DNA of 64,000 nt. Origin: Squalus acanthias. Taxonomy: Eukaryota. The notes under the pieces are model-generated. The model was given only the letters and a program-made list of their open reading frames with translations, was not told the DNA's origin and did no database searches. Positions 1-14,200 of this stretch are shown in pieces; positions within the stretch are counted from its first letter, which is position 1; each line of letters opens with the position of its first letter. The position numbers and the translations under genes are program-made. Location: NCBI GenBank assembly GCA_030390025.1, contig CM059432.1, forward strand, positions 142,912,001 to 142,976,000. The letters are read 5' to 3'.

Positions 1-3000
1 TTATTCTAGTCCTGATCTGTACAAACAGTTCCAGATCATTCTAGGACTGATCTGCATACACAGTTACAGATTATTCTAGTCCTGATCTGTACACACAGTT
101 CCAGATTATTCTAGTCCTGATCTCTACGCACAGTTCCAGATTATTCTAGTCCTGGTCTGTACATAGAGTTGCGGAATATTCTAGACCAGATCTGTACAGA
201 CAGTTCCATTTTATTCTCATTGTGATCTCGACACAGAGTTCCAGATTATTCTAGTCCTGATCTGTACACACAGTTCCAGATTATTCTAGTCCTGGTCGGT
301 ACACAGAGTTCCGGATTATTCTAGTCCTGATCTGTACAGACAGTTCCATCTTATTCTCATTGTGATCTGTACACACAGTTCCAGATTATTCTAGACCTGA
401 TCTGTACACACAGTACCAGATTATTCTACTCCTGGTCTGTACACCGAGTTCTGGATTATTCTAGTCCTGATCTGTATAGACAGTTCCATCTTATTCTCAT
501 TGTGAGCTCTACACACAGTTCCAGATTATTCTAGTCCTGATCTCTACACACAGTTCCAGATTACTCTCATCCTGGGCGGTACACAGAGTTCCGGATTATT
601 CTAGTCCAGATCTGTACAGACAGTTCCATCTTATTCTCATTGTGATCTGTACACACAGTTCCAGATTATTCTAGTCCTGATCTGTAGAAACAGTACCAGA
701 TTATTCTAGTCCTGGTCTGTACACAGAGTTCCGGATTATTCTAGTACTGATCTGTACACACAGTTCCAGATTATTCTAGTGCTGGTCTGTACAAAGAGTT
801 CCGGATTATTCTAGTCCTGATCTGTACACACAGTACCAGATTATTCTAGTTCTTGTCTGTACACAGAGTTCTGGATTATTCTAGTCCAGATCTGTACAGA
901 CAGTTCCATCTTATTCTCATTGTGATCTGTACACACAGTTCCAAATTATTCTAGTCCTGATCTGTAGAAACAGTACCAGATTATTCTAGTCCTGGTCTGT
1001 ACACAGAGTTCCGGATTATTCTAGTACTGATCTGTACACACAGTTCCAGATTATTCTAGTCCTGGTCTGTACACAGAGTTCCGGATTATTCTAGTCCTGA
1101 TCTGTACACACAGTACCAGATTATTCTAGTTCTGGTCTGTACACAGAGTTCCAGATTATTCTAGTCCAGATCTGTACAGACAGTTCCATCTTATTCTCAT
1201 TGTGATCGCTACACACAGTTCCAGATTATTCTAGTCCTGATCTGTAGAAACAGTACCAGATTATTCTAGTCCTGATCTGTAAAACAGTTTCAGATTCTTC
1301 TAGTCATGATTTGTACACACAGTTCCAGATTATTCTAGTCCTGATCTGTAAAACAGTTTCAGATTATTCTAGTCATGATTTGTACACACAGTTCCAGATT
1401 ATTCTAGTCCTGATTTGTAAAACAGTTCTAGATTATTCTAGTCCTGATCTGCACATACAGTTCCAGATTATTTTAGTCCTGATCTGTACACACAGTTCCA
1501 GATTATTCTAGTCCTGATCTGTAAAACAGTTCCAGATTATTCTAGTCATGATCTGTGCACACAGTTCCAGATTATTCTAGTCCTGATCTGTACACATAGT
1601 TCCAGATTATTCTAGTCCTGATCTGTAAAACAGTTCTAGATTATTCTAGTCCTGATCTGTACATACAGTTCAAGAATATTCTAGTCGAATCTGTACAAAC
1701 AGTTCCAGATTATTCTTATCATGACCTGTACACACAGTTGCAGTTTATTCTAGACCTGATCTGTACATACAGTTCCAGATTCTTCTTGTCCTGATCTGTA
1801 CACACTGTTCCACCTTATTCTAGACTTGGTCTGTACACACATTTCCAAATTACCTATAACTAATCTGTAAACACCATTCCAGAATATTCTAGCACTGAAC
1901 TGTACACACAGGTCCAGATTATTCTAGACCTGATGTGCACAATCTGTTCCAGATTATTCTAGTCCTGTTCTGTAAACACGGTTCCAGATTATTCTAGTCC
2001 TGATCTGTACATACACTTCTAGGTTATTCTAACCCTGATCTGCACACAAAGTTTTCCAAATTATTCTTATCATGATCTGTGCACACAGTTGCTGATTATT
2101 CTAGTCCTGATGTGATTATTGCAGTTCTGATTTGTACACACGAATCCAGATTATTCTAGTCCTAATCAGTAAACACATTTCTAGATTATTCTAACACTGA
2201 TTAGTTCACAAATTTCCAGTTTATTCTAGTCCTCATTTGCACTCACAGTTCCAGATTATTCAAGTCCTGTTCTGTACATACTGTTCTAGAATATTCTAGT
2301 CATTTCTGTACAGAGAGTTCCAGATAATTCTAGTCCCACTCTGTACAAAAGTTCCAGAATTTTCTAGTCCTGATCTGAACACACAGTACTAGATTATTCT
2401 AGGCCTGATCTGAACACACAGTTCCAGATTATTCAAGGACTGATCTGTACACACAGTTCCGGATTATTCCAGTCCTGATCTGCATACACAGTTCCAGATT
2501 ATTCTAGTCCTCATCTGTACAAGCAATTCCAGATTATTCTAGACCTGATCAGTACACACAGTTCCAGATTATTCTAGTTCTGATCGGTACACACAGTTCC
2601 AGATTATTCTAGTTCTGATCGCTCCACACAGTTCCAGAATATTCTAGTCCTGATCTGTACTCATAGTTCCAGATTATTCTTGTTTTGATCATTACGCACA
2701 GTTCTAGATTATTCTAGTCCTGCTCTGTACAAACAGTTCCAGATTATTCTGGACCTGATCTGTACACACAGTTCCAGATTACTCTAGTCCTGATCTCTAC
2801 ACACATTTCTAGATTATTCTAACACTGATTTGTTCACAAATTTCCAGTTTATTCTAGTCCTGATCTGTACACACAGTTCCAGATTATTCTAGTTGTGATC
2901 GCTCCACACAGTTCCAGAATATTCTAGTCCTGATCTGTACACATAGTTCCAGATTATTCTTGTTTTGATCATTACGCACAGTTCTAGATTATTCTACTCC

Positions 3001-6000
3001 TGATCTGTACATACACTTCTAGATTATTCTAACCCTGATCTGAACACACATTTCCAAATTATTCTTATCATGATCTGTGCACACAGTTGCTGATTATTCT
3101 ATTCCTAATCTGTACAAAGAGTTCCATATTATTCTAGTCCTGAGCTGTACATACACTTCTAGATTATTCTAAGCCTGATCTGTACACACAGTTCCAGAAT
3201 ATTCTAGTCCTGATCCGTACACATAGTTCCAGATTATTCTTGTTTTGATCATTACGCACAGTTCTAGATTAATCTAGTCCTGATCTGTACACACAGTTCC
3301 GGATTATTCTCGTCCTGATCTGTACAAACATTCCATATTATTGGAATTCTGATTTGCACATACAAATCCAGATTATTCCAGTTCTGATCTGTATGTACAG
3401 TTCCAGATTATTCTCGTCCTGATCTGTACTTTTTCTTCAAAATTATTCTAACCTCTATCTGTTCACATTGTTCCAGTTTATTTTGGTCCTGATTCGTACA
3501 CACAGTTCCAGATTATTCTAGTCCCGATCTCTACACACATTTTTAGATTATTATAACACTGATTTGTTCACAAATTTCCAGTTTATTCCAGTCCTGATTT
3601 TTACACACAGTTCCAGATGATTCCAGCTATGATCTGTAAACACGGTTGCAGTTTATTTACATCCTGAACTGTAAATCAGTTCTATATTATTCTAGTCCTC
3701 ATTTGTACTCACAGTTCCAGATTATTGTAGTCCTGTTCTGTACATACTGTTCTTGAATATTCTAATCATATCTGTACAGAGCATTCCAGATTATTCTTGT
3801 CCTGATCTGTACACACATTTCCAGATTATTCCAACACTGTATTGTTCACAAAGTTCCAGTTTATTTCAAGCCTGATTTGCAACCCACAGTTCCAGAATAT
3901 TCTAACCCTGATCTGTTCACAATGTTCCAGATTATTCTAGTCCTGATCTCTACACACAGTTCCAGATTATTCTAGTCCTGACCTGTACACACAGTTCCAG
4001 ATTATTCTAGTCCTGATCTCTACCCACAGTTCCACATTATTCTTGTTTTGATCTCTACACACAGTGCTAGATTATTCTAACACTGATCTGTACACAGAGT
4101 TCCAGATTATTCTAGTCCTGATCTGTACACAGAGTTCCAGATTATTCTACCACTGTCCTTTACACACAGTTCCACATTATTCTAGTCCTGATCTGTACAC
4201 ACAGTTCCAGATTATTCTAGTTCTGATCTCTACACACAGTTCCAGAATATTCTATTACTGATCTGTACACATAGTTCCAGATTATTCTTGTTTTGATCAT
4301 TACACACAGCTCTAGATTATTCTAGTCCTGATGTGCATCAACAGTTCAACATTATTCCAATCCTAAAATGAACACACAATTCCAGTTTATTCTAGTAATG
4401 ACCTGTACACACAGTTCCAGATTATTCTAGGCCTGATCTGCACACACAGCTCTAGTTTATTGTAGTCCTGATCTCTACACACAGTTGCAGAATATTCTAT
4501 TCCTGATCTGTACACACAGTTCCAGATTATTCTTGTTTTGATCTTTACACACAGTTCTAGATTAATCTAGTCCGGATCTGTACATAAAGTTCCAGGTTAT
4601 TCTAGTCCTGATCTGCATACACAGTTCCAGTTTATTCTATTCCTGATCGCTACACACTTTTCTTGATTATTCCAACACTGATTTGTTCACAAAGTTCCAG
4701 TTTACTCTATTCCTGATTTGTACACACATTTCCAGATTATTCTTTTCGACATCTGTACATGCAGTTCCAGATTATTCTAGTCCTGATCTGTACACACAGT
4801 TCCAGATTATTCTAGACCTGATCTGAATAAACAGTTACAGATTATTCTAGTTCTGATCTCTACAAACAGTTCCAGAATATTCTTGTCCTGATCTGTACAC
4901 ATAGTTCCAGATTATTCTTGTTTTGGTCGTTACACTCAGTTCTAGATTATTCTAGTCCTGATCTGTACAAACGGTTCCAGATTATTCTAGTCCTGATCTG
5001 TACATACACTTCTAGATCATTCTAACCCTGATGTGTATAAACAGTTCCAGTTTATTCTTGTCCTCATCTGTACACGCTGATCCAGATTAATCGAGTCCTG
5101 ATCACTCCACACATTTCTAGATCATTCTAACACTGATATGTTCACAAAGTTCATGATTGTTCTAGTCCTGATCTGTTCACACAGTTCCAGAATATTCTAG
5201 TCCTGATCTGTACACACAGTTCCAGTATATTCTACTTCTGATCTGCACACATATTTACAGATTATTCTTATCATGATCTGTGCACACAGTTGCTGATTAT
5301 TCTAGTCTTGATCTGTACAGGAAGTTCCACATTAATCTAGTATTGTTCTGTACACACTTTTCCAGATTATTCTAGTCCTGATCTGTACATACAGTTCCAT
5401 ATTATTGGAATTCTGATTTGTACACACAAATCCAGATTATTCCAGTTCTGATCTTTACATACAGTTCCAGATTATGCTCGTCCTAATCTGTACATACAGT
5501 TCCAGATTATTCTAGTCCTAATCTGCACACACAGTTCCAGATTATTCTAGTCCTGATCTGTACTTTCTCTTCAAAATTATTCTAACCATTATCTGTTCAT
5601 ATGTTGCAGTTTATTTTGGTCCTGATTCATACACACAGTTCCAGATTATTCTAGTCCCGATCTCTACACGCATTTTTAGATGATTCTAACACTGATTTGT
5701 TCGCAAATTTCCAGTTTATTCTAGTCCTGATTTTTACACATAGTTCCAGATGATTCCAGTTATGATCTGTAAACACAGTTCCAGATTATTTACATCCTGA
5801 ACTGTAAATCAGTTCTATATTATTCTAGTCCTCATTTGTACTCACAGTTCCAGATTATTGTAGTCCTGTTCTGTACATACTGTTCTCGAATATTCTAATC
5901 ATATCTGTACAGAGCGTTCCAGATTATTCTAGTCCCACTCTGTACACACATTTCCAGATTATTCTAGTCCTGATCTGTACACACAGTTCCAGATTATTCT

Positions 6001-9000
6001 AGTCCTGATCTGTACCCACAGTTCTAGTTTGTTCTAGTCCTGATCTGTACACAGAGTTCTGGTTTATTCTAGTCCTGATCTGTACACACAGTTCCATCTT
6101 ATTCTAGTCCTGATCTGTACATACACTTCTAGATTAGTCCAGTCCTGATCTCCATTCACAGTTCTAGATTATTCTAACACTGATTTGTTCACAAGGTTCT
6201 AGTTTATTCTAGTCCTGATCTGTACAGTTGCAGACTATTATGCTCCTAATCGGTACACACAGTTCCAGATTATTCTAGTCCTGATCTGTACACACAATTC
6301 CAGATTATTCTAGTCCTGATCTGTACAAACAGTTCCAGATCATTCTAGGACTGATCTGCATACACAGTTACAGATTATTCTAGTCCTGATCTGTACACAC
6401 AGTTCCAGATTATTCTAGTCCTGATCTCTACGCACAGTTCCAGATTATTCTAGTCCTGGTCTGTACATAGAGTTGCGGAATATTCTAGACCAGATCTGTA
6501 CAGACAGTTCCATTTTATTCTCATTGTGATCTCGACACAGAGTTCCAGATTATTCTAGTCCTGATCTGTACACACAGTTCCAGATTATTCTAGTCCTGGT
6601 CGGTACACAGAGTTCCGGATTATTCTAGTCCTGATCTGTACAGACAGTTCCATCTTATTCTCATTGTGATCTGTACACACAGTTCCAGATTATTCTAGAC
6701 CTGATCTGTACACACAGTACCAGATTATTCTACTCCTGGTCTGTACACCGAGTTCTGGATTATTCTAGTCCTGATCTGTATAGACAGTTCCATCTTATTC
6801 TCATTGTGAGCTCTACACACAGTTCCAGATTATTCTAGTCCTGATCTCTACACACAGTTCCAGATTACTCTCATCCTGGGCGGTACACAGAGTTCCGGAT
6901 TATTCTAGTCCAGATCTGTACAGACAGTTCCATCTTATTCTCATTGTGATCTGTACACACAGTTCCAGATTATTCTAGTCCTGATCTGTAGAAACAGTAC
7001 CAGATTATTCTAGTCCTGGTCTGTACACAGAGTTCCGGATTATTCTAGTACTGATCTGTACACACAGTTCCAGATTATTCTAGTGCTGGTCTGTACAAAG
7101 AGTTCCGGATTATTCTAGTCCTGATCTGTACACACAGTACCAGATTATTCTAGTTCTTGTCTGTACACAGAGTTCTGGATTATTCTAGTCCAGATCTGTA
7201 CAGACAGTTCCATCTTATTCTCATTGTGATCTGTACACACAGTTCCAAATTATTCTAGTCCTGATCTGTAGAAACAGTACCAGATTATTCTAGTCCTGGT
7301 CTGTACACAGAGTTCCGGATTATTCTAGTACTGATCTGTACACACAGTTCCAGATTATTCTAGTCCTGGTCTGTACACAGAGTTCCGGATTATTCTAGTC
7401 CTGATCTGTACACACAGTACCAGATTATTCTAGTTCTGGTCTGTACACAGAGTTCCAGATTATTCTAGTCCAGATCTGTACAGACAGTTCCATCTTATTC
7501 TCATTGTGATCGCTACACACAGTTCCAGATTATTCTAGTCCTGATCTGTAGAAACAGTACCAGATTATTCTAGTCCTGATCTGTAAAACAGTTTCAGATT
7601 CTTCTAGTCATGATTTGTACACACAGTTCCAGATTATTCTAGTCCTGATCTGTAAAACAGTTTCAGATTATTCTAGTCATGATTTGTACACACAGTTCCA
7701 GATTATTCTAGTCCTGATTTGTAAAACAGTTCTAGATTATTCTAGTCCTGATCTGCACATACAGTTCCAGATTATTTTAGTCCTGATCTGTACACACAGT
7801 TCCAGATTATTCTAGTCCTGATCTGTAAAACAGTTCCAGATTATTCTAGTCATGATCTGTGCACACAGTTCCAGATTATTCTAGTCCTGATCTGTACACA
7901 TAGTTCCAGATTATTCTAGTCCTGATCTGTAAAACAGTTCTAGATTATTCTAGTCCTGATCTGTACATACAGTTCAAGAATATTCTAGTCGAATCTGTAC
8001 AAACAGTTCCAGATTATTCTTATCATGACCTGTACACACAGTTGCAGTTTATTCTAGACCTGATCTGTACATACAGTTCCAGATTCTTCTTGTCCTGATC
8101 TGTACACACTGTTCCACCTTATTCTAGACTTGGTCTGTACACACATTTCCAAATTACCTATAACTAATCTGTAAACACCATTCCAGAATATTCTAGCACT
8201 GAACTGTACACACAGGTCCAGATTATTCTAGACCTGATGTGCACAATCTGTTCCAGATTATTCTAGTCCTGTTCTGTAAACACGGTTCCAGATTATTCTA
8301 GTCCTGATCTGTACATACACTTCTAGGTTATTCTAACCCTGATCTGCACACAAAGTTTTCCAAATTATTCTTATCATGATCTGTGCACACAGTTGCTGAT
8401 TATTCTAGTCCTGATGTGATTATTGCAGTTCTGATTTGTACACACGAATCCAGATTATTCTAGTCCTAATCAGTAAACACATTTCTAGATTATTCTAACA
8501 CTGATTAGTTCACAAATTTCCAGTTTATTCTAGTCCTCATTTGCACTCACAGTTCCAGATTATTCAAGTCCTGTTCTGTACATACTGTTCTAGAATATTC
8601 TAGTCATTTCTGTACAGAGAGTTCCAGATAATTCTAGTCCCACTCTGTACAAAAGTTCCAGAATTTTCTAGTCCTGATCTGAACACACAGTACTAGATTA
8701 TTCTAGGCCTGATCTGAACACACAGTTCCAGATTATTCAAGGACTGATCTGTACACACAGTTCCGGATTATTCCAGTCCTGATCTGCATACACAGTTCCA
8801 GATTATTCTAGTCCTCATCTGTACAAGCAATTCCAGATTATTCTAGACCTGATCAGTACACACAGTTCCAGATTATTCTAGTTCTGATCGGTACACACAG
8901 TTCCAGATTATTCTAGTTCTGATCGCTCCACACAGTTCCAGAATATTCTAGTCCTGATCTGTACTCATAGTTCCAGATTATTCTTGTTTTGATCATTACG

Positions 9001-12000
9001 CACAGTTCTAGATTATTCTAGTCCTGCTCTGTACAAACAGTTCCAGATTATTCTGGACCTGATCTGTACACACAGTTCCAGATTACTCTAGTCCTGATCT
9101 CTACACACATTTCTAGATTATTCTAACACTGATTTGTTCACAAATTTCCAGTTTATTCTAGTCCTGATCTGTACACACAGTTCCAGATTATTCTAGTTGT
9201 GATCGCTCCACACAGTTCCAGAATATTCTAGTCCTGATCTGTACACATAGTTCCAGATTATTCTTGTTTTGATCATTACGCACAGTTCTAGATTATTCTA
9301 CTCCTGATCTGTACATACACTTCTAGATTATTCTAACCCTGATCTGAACACACATTTCCAAATTATTCTTATCATGATCTGTGCACACAGTTGCTGATTA
9401 TTCTATTCCTAATCTGTACAAAGAGTTCCATATTATTCTAGTCCTGATCTGTACACACAGTTCCAGATAATTCTAGTCCTGAGCTGTACATACACTTCTA
9501 GATTATTCTAAGCCTGATCTGTACACACAGTTCCAGAATATTCTAGTCCTGATCCGTACACATAGTTCCAGATTATTCTTGTTTTGATCATTACGCACAG
9601 TTCTAGATTAATCTAGTCCTGATCTGTACACACAGTTCCGGATTATTCTCGTCCTGATCTGTACAAACATTCCATATTATTGGAATTCTGATTTGCACAT
9701 ACAAATCCAGATTATTCCAGTTCTGATCTGTATGTACAGTTCCAGATTATTCTCGTCCTGATCTGTACTTTTTCTTCAAAATTATTCTAACCTCTATCTG
9801 TTCACATTGTTCCAGTTTATTTTGGTCCTGATTCGTACACACAGTTCCAGATTATTCTAGTCCCGATCTCTACACACATTTTTAGATTATTATAACACTG
9901 ATTTGTTCACAAATTTCCAGTTTATTCCAGTCCTGATTTTTACACACAGTTCCAGATGATTCCAGCTATGATCTGTAAACACGGTTGCAGTTTATTTACA
10001 TCCTGAACTGTAAATCAGTTCTATATTATTCTAGTCCTCATTTGTACTCACAGTTCCAGATTATTGTAGTCCTGTTCTGTACATACTGTTCTTGAATATT
10101 CTAATCATATCTGTACAGAGCATTCCAGATTATTCTTGTCCTGATCTGTACACACATTTCCAGATTATTCCAACACTGTATTGTTCACAAAGTTCCAGTT
10201 TATTTCAAGCCTGATTTGCAACCCACAGTTCCAGAATATTCTAACCCTGATCTGTTCACAATGTTCCAGATTATTCTAGTCCTGATCTCTACACACAGTT
10301 CCAGATTATTCTAGTCCTGACCTGTACACACAGTTCCAGATTATTCTAGTCCTGATCTCTACCCACAGTTCCACATTATTCTTGTTTTGATCTCTACACA
10401 CAGTGCTAGATTATTCTAACACTGATCTGTACACAGAGTTCCAGATTATTCTAGTCCTGATCTGTACACAGAGTTCCAGATTATTCTACCACTGTCCTTT
10501 ACACACAGTTCCACATTATTCTAGTCCTGATCTGTACACACAGTTCCAGATTATTCTAGTTCTGATCTCTACACACAGTTCCAGAATATTCTATTACTGA
10601 TCTGTACACATAGTTCCAGATTATTCTTGTTTTGATCATTACACACAGCTCTAGATTATTCTAGTCCTGATGTGCATCAACAGTTCAACATTATTCCAAT
10701 CCTAAAATGAACACACAATTCCAGTTTATTCTAGTAATGACCTGTACACACAGTTCCAGATTATTCTAGGCCTGATCTGCACACACAGCTCTAGTTTATT
10801 GTAGTCCTGATCTCTACACACAGTTGCAGAATATTCTATTCCTGATCTGTACACACAGTTCCAGATTATTCTTGTTTTGATCTTTACACACAGTTCTAGA
10901 TTAATCTAGTCCGGATCTGTACATAAAGTTCCAGGTTATTCTAGTCCTGATCTGCATACACAGTTCCAGTTTATTCTATTCCTGATCGCTACACACTTTT
11001 CTTGATTATTCCAACACTGATTTGTTCACAAAGTTCCAGTTTACTCTATTCCTGATTTGTACACACATTTCCAGATTATTCTTTTCGACATCTGTACATG
11101 CAGTTCCAGATTATTCTAGTCCTGATCTGTACACACAGTTCCAGATTATTCTAGACCTGATCTGAATAAACAGTTACAGATTATTCTAGTTCTGATCTCT
11201 ACAAACAGTTCCAGAATATTCTTGTCCTGATCTGTACACATAGTTCCAGATTATTCTTGTTTTGGTCGTTACACTCAGTTCTAGATTATTCTAGTCCTGA
11301 TCTGTACAAACGGTTCCAGATTATTCTAGTCCTGATCTGTACATACACTTCTAGATCATTCTAACCCTGATGTGTATAAACAGTTCCAGTTTATTCTTGT
11401 CCTCATCTGTACACGCTGATCCAGATTAATCGAGTCCTGATCACTCCACACATTTCTAGATCATTCTAACACTGATATGTTCACAAAGTTCATGATTGTT
11501 CTAGTCCTGATCTGTTCACACAGTTCCAGAATATTCTAGTCCTGATCTGTACACACAGTTCCAGTATATTCTACTTCTGATCTGCACACATATTTACAGA
11601 TTATTCTTATCATGATCTGTGCACACAGTTGCTGATTATTCTAGTCTTGATCTGTACAGGAAGTTCCACATTAATCTAGTATTGTTCTGTACACACTTTT
11701 CCAGATTATTCTAGTCCTGATCTGTACATACAGTTCCATATTATTGGAATTCTGATTTGTACACACAAATCCAGATTATTCCAGTTCTGATCTTTACATA
11801 CAGTTCCAGATTATGCTCGTCCTAATCTGTACATACAGTTCCAGATTATTCTAGTCCTAATCTGTACACACAGTTCCAGATTATTCTAGTCCTGATCTGT
11901 ACTTTCTCTTCAAAATTATTCTAACCATTATCTGTTCATATGTTGCAGTTTATTTTGGTCCTGATTCATACACACAGTTCCAGATTATTCTAGTCCCGAT

Positions 12001-12304
12001 CTCTACACGCATTTTTAGATGATTCTAACACTGATTTGTTCGCAAATTTCCAGTTTATTCTAGTCCTGATTTTTACACATAGTTCCAGATGATTCCAGTT
12101 ATGATCTGTAAACACAGTTCCAGATTATTTACATCCTGAACTGTAAATCAGTTCTATATTATTCTAGTCCTCATTTGTACTCACAGTTCCAGATTATTGT
12201 AGTCCTGTTCTGTACATACTGTTCTCGAATATTCTAATCATATCTGTACAGAGCGTTCCAGATTATTCTAGTCCCACTCTGTACACACATTTCCAGATTA
12301 TTCT
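1..12304 (+). repeat. About 6.3-kb (about 180-monomer) near-identical tandem duplication
   Basis: Position 1 recurs at 6305 (offset 6304; identical spurious ORFs at 1311 and 7615). The offset becomes 6339 after one extra monomer near 9448-9482 (ORFs 4064 and 10403). The match ends near 5964/12303. Confidence 0.95.
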
Positions 12305-12852
12305 TGTTTTGATCTTTACACACAGTTCCAGATTATTCCAGTCCTGATCGGTATACACAGTGCCAGGCTATTCTAGTCCTGATCGGTATACACAGTGCCA
12401 GGCTATTCTAGGACTGAGCTGTACACACAGTTACAGATTATTCTAGTCCTGATCTGTACAAACTGTTCCAGATTATTCTAGTGTTGATCCGTACACACAG
12501 TTGCAGATTATTCTAGTCCTGATCTGTACACACAGTTCCAGATTATTCCAGTCCCAATCTGTACACATAGTTCCAGATGATTCTTGTTTTGATCATTACA
12601 CACAGTTCTAGATTATTCTAGTCCTGATCTGTACACACAGTGCCAGTTTATTCTAGTCCTGATCTGTAAACACAGTTCCAGATTATTCCAGTCCTGATCT
12701 GTACACACAGTTCCAGATTATTCCAGTCCTGATCTCTACACACAGTTGCAGAATATTCTATTCCTGATCTGTACACACAGTTCCAGATTATTCCAGTCTT
12801 GTTGGGTACATACAGTTCTAGATTATTCTAGTCCTAATCTTTACACACTGTT
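1..12852 (+). repeat. 35-bp satellite array, block 1 (open at window start)
   Basis: Contiguous head-to-tail variants of TTATTCTAGTCCTGATCTGTACACACAGTTCCAGA with no unique spacers. Confidence 0.99.
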
Positions 12853-13128
12853 ACACAGGGACTCTCTCCCACCCCGAGAGCGGGAGAGAGAGAAGTAGAA
12901 AATAATCAAAGTGTGACATCACCAGAAAGCAGGTAAGTGATTGGTTGGTGAGTATTTCTCTTTTTCTCCTTTTTTCCATACTTAAATTCTGTGGTTTATA
13001 GTTTCTAGAGTCTCTGTGGTGTAGCGGGGACTGCTGTTAAGCAAGGGCCCTTGAGTATATCATTTAACTGAAGTGAAATTGGTGGGATTCAATTAGTTTA
13101 ATTTTAATTAATTAATTAAAGGTAAGTC

Positions 13129-14078
13129 ATGGCAGCAGAGCTCGGCTCCGTGATATGCTCTCCTGCAATATGTGGGAAATCAGGGACACTTCCTGTGTCC
13201 CTGACGACCATGTGTGTGGGAAATGTATCCAGCTGCAGCTACTGACGGACCGCATTGCGGCGCTGGAGCTGCAGATGGATGCATATTGGAGCATTCGCAA
13301 TGCTGAGAACATCGTGAATAACACGTTTAGCGAGTTGGTCACACCGCAGGTAAAGGGTGTACAGGCAGGAAGTGAATTGGTGACCACCAGGCAGAGTAAG
13401 AGGTGCAGGCAGGTAGTGCAGGGGTCCCCTGTGGCCATCCCCCTCTCAAACAGATATACCTCTTTGGATGCTGTTGGGGGGGATGACTTATCAGGGGAAG
13501 GCGGCAGCAGCCAACTTCCTGGCACCATGGGTGGCTCTGCTGCACAGGCTGGGAGGAAAAAGTGTGGAAGAGCTATAGTGATAGGGGATTCAATTGTAAG
13601 GGGAATAGATAGGCATTTCTGTGGCCGCAATTGAGACTCCAGGGTGGTGTGTTGCCTCCCTGGTGCAAGGGTCAAGGACGTCTCGGAGCGGCTACAGAAC
13701 ATTTTGGAGGGGGAGGGCGAGCAGCCAGTTGTCGTGGTGCACATAGGCATCAACGATATAGGTAAAAAATGGGATGAGGTCCTAAAAGCAGAATATAGGG
13801 TGTTAGGAGGTAAATTAAAAAAGAGGACGTCAAAGGTAGTAATCTCAGGATTGCTACCAGTGCCACATGCTAGTCAGAGTAGAAATAGGAGGATATTTCA
13901 AATGAATACGTGGCTAGAGGAATGGTGCAAGGGGGAGGGATTCAAATTCCTTGGACATTGGAAGCAGTTCTGGGGGAGGTGGGACCAGTACAAACGGGAT
14001 GGTCTGCACCTGGGCAGGGCCGGGACCGATGTCCTAGGGGGAGTGTTTGCTAGTGCTGTTCGGGAGGGTTTAAACTAA
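13129..14078 (+). pseudogene. CR1-A ORF1 (Cys-rich N-terminus, coiled coil, SGNH/GDSL esterase), disrupted
   Basis: ATG at 13129 (MAAELGSVIC), then an apparent 1-bp frameshift near 13160 into SCNMWE..CGKC. In-frame TGA at 13632 where copy B has CGA. Motifs GDSIVR, HIGIND and DGLHL; ends GLN*. Confidence 0.9.
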
Positions 14079-14200
14079 AGTGGCAGGGGGTTGGGAACCT
14101 GAGCAGGGAGACAGAGGAAAGGGAAACAAGGATAAAAGCTAAAGACAGGCAGGAGAAAAACAAAAGTAGAAGGCAAAGAACTCAATGGTTTAAATCAAAC

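Noticed and set aside
1..12852. CRISPR array (35-bp repeats)
   Set aside because: Repeats are contiguous with no unique spacers, there are no cas genes, and the context is eukaryotic.
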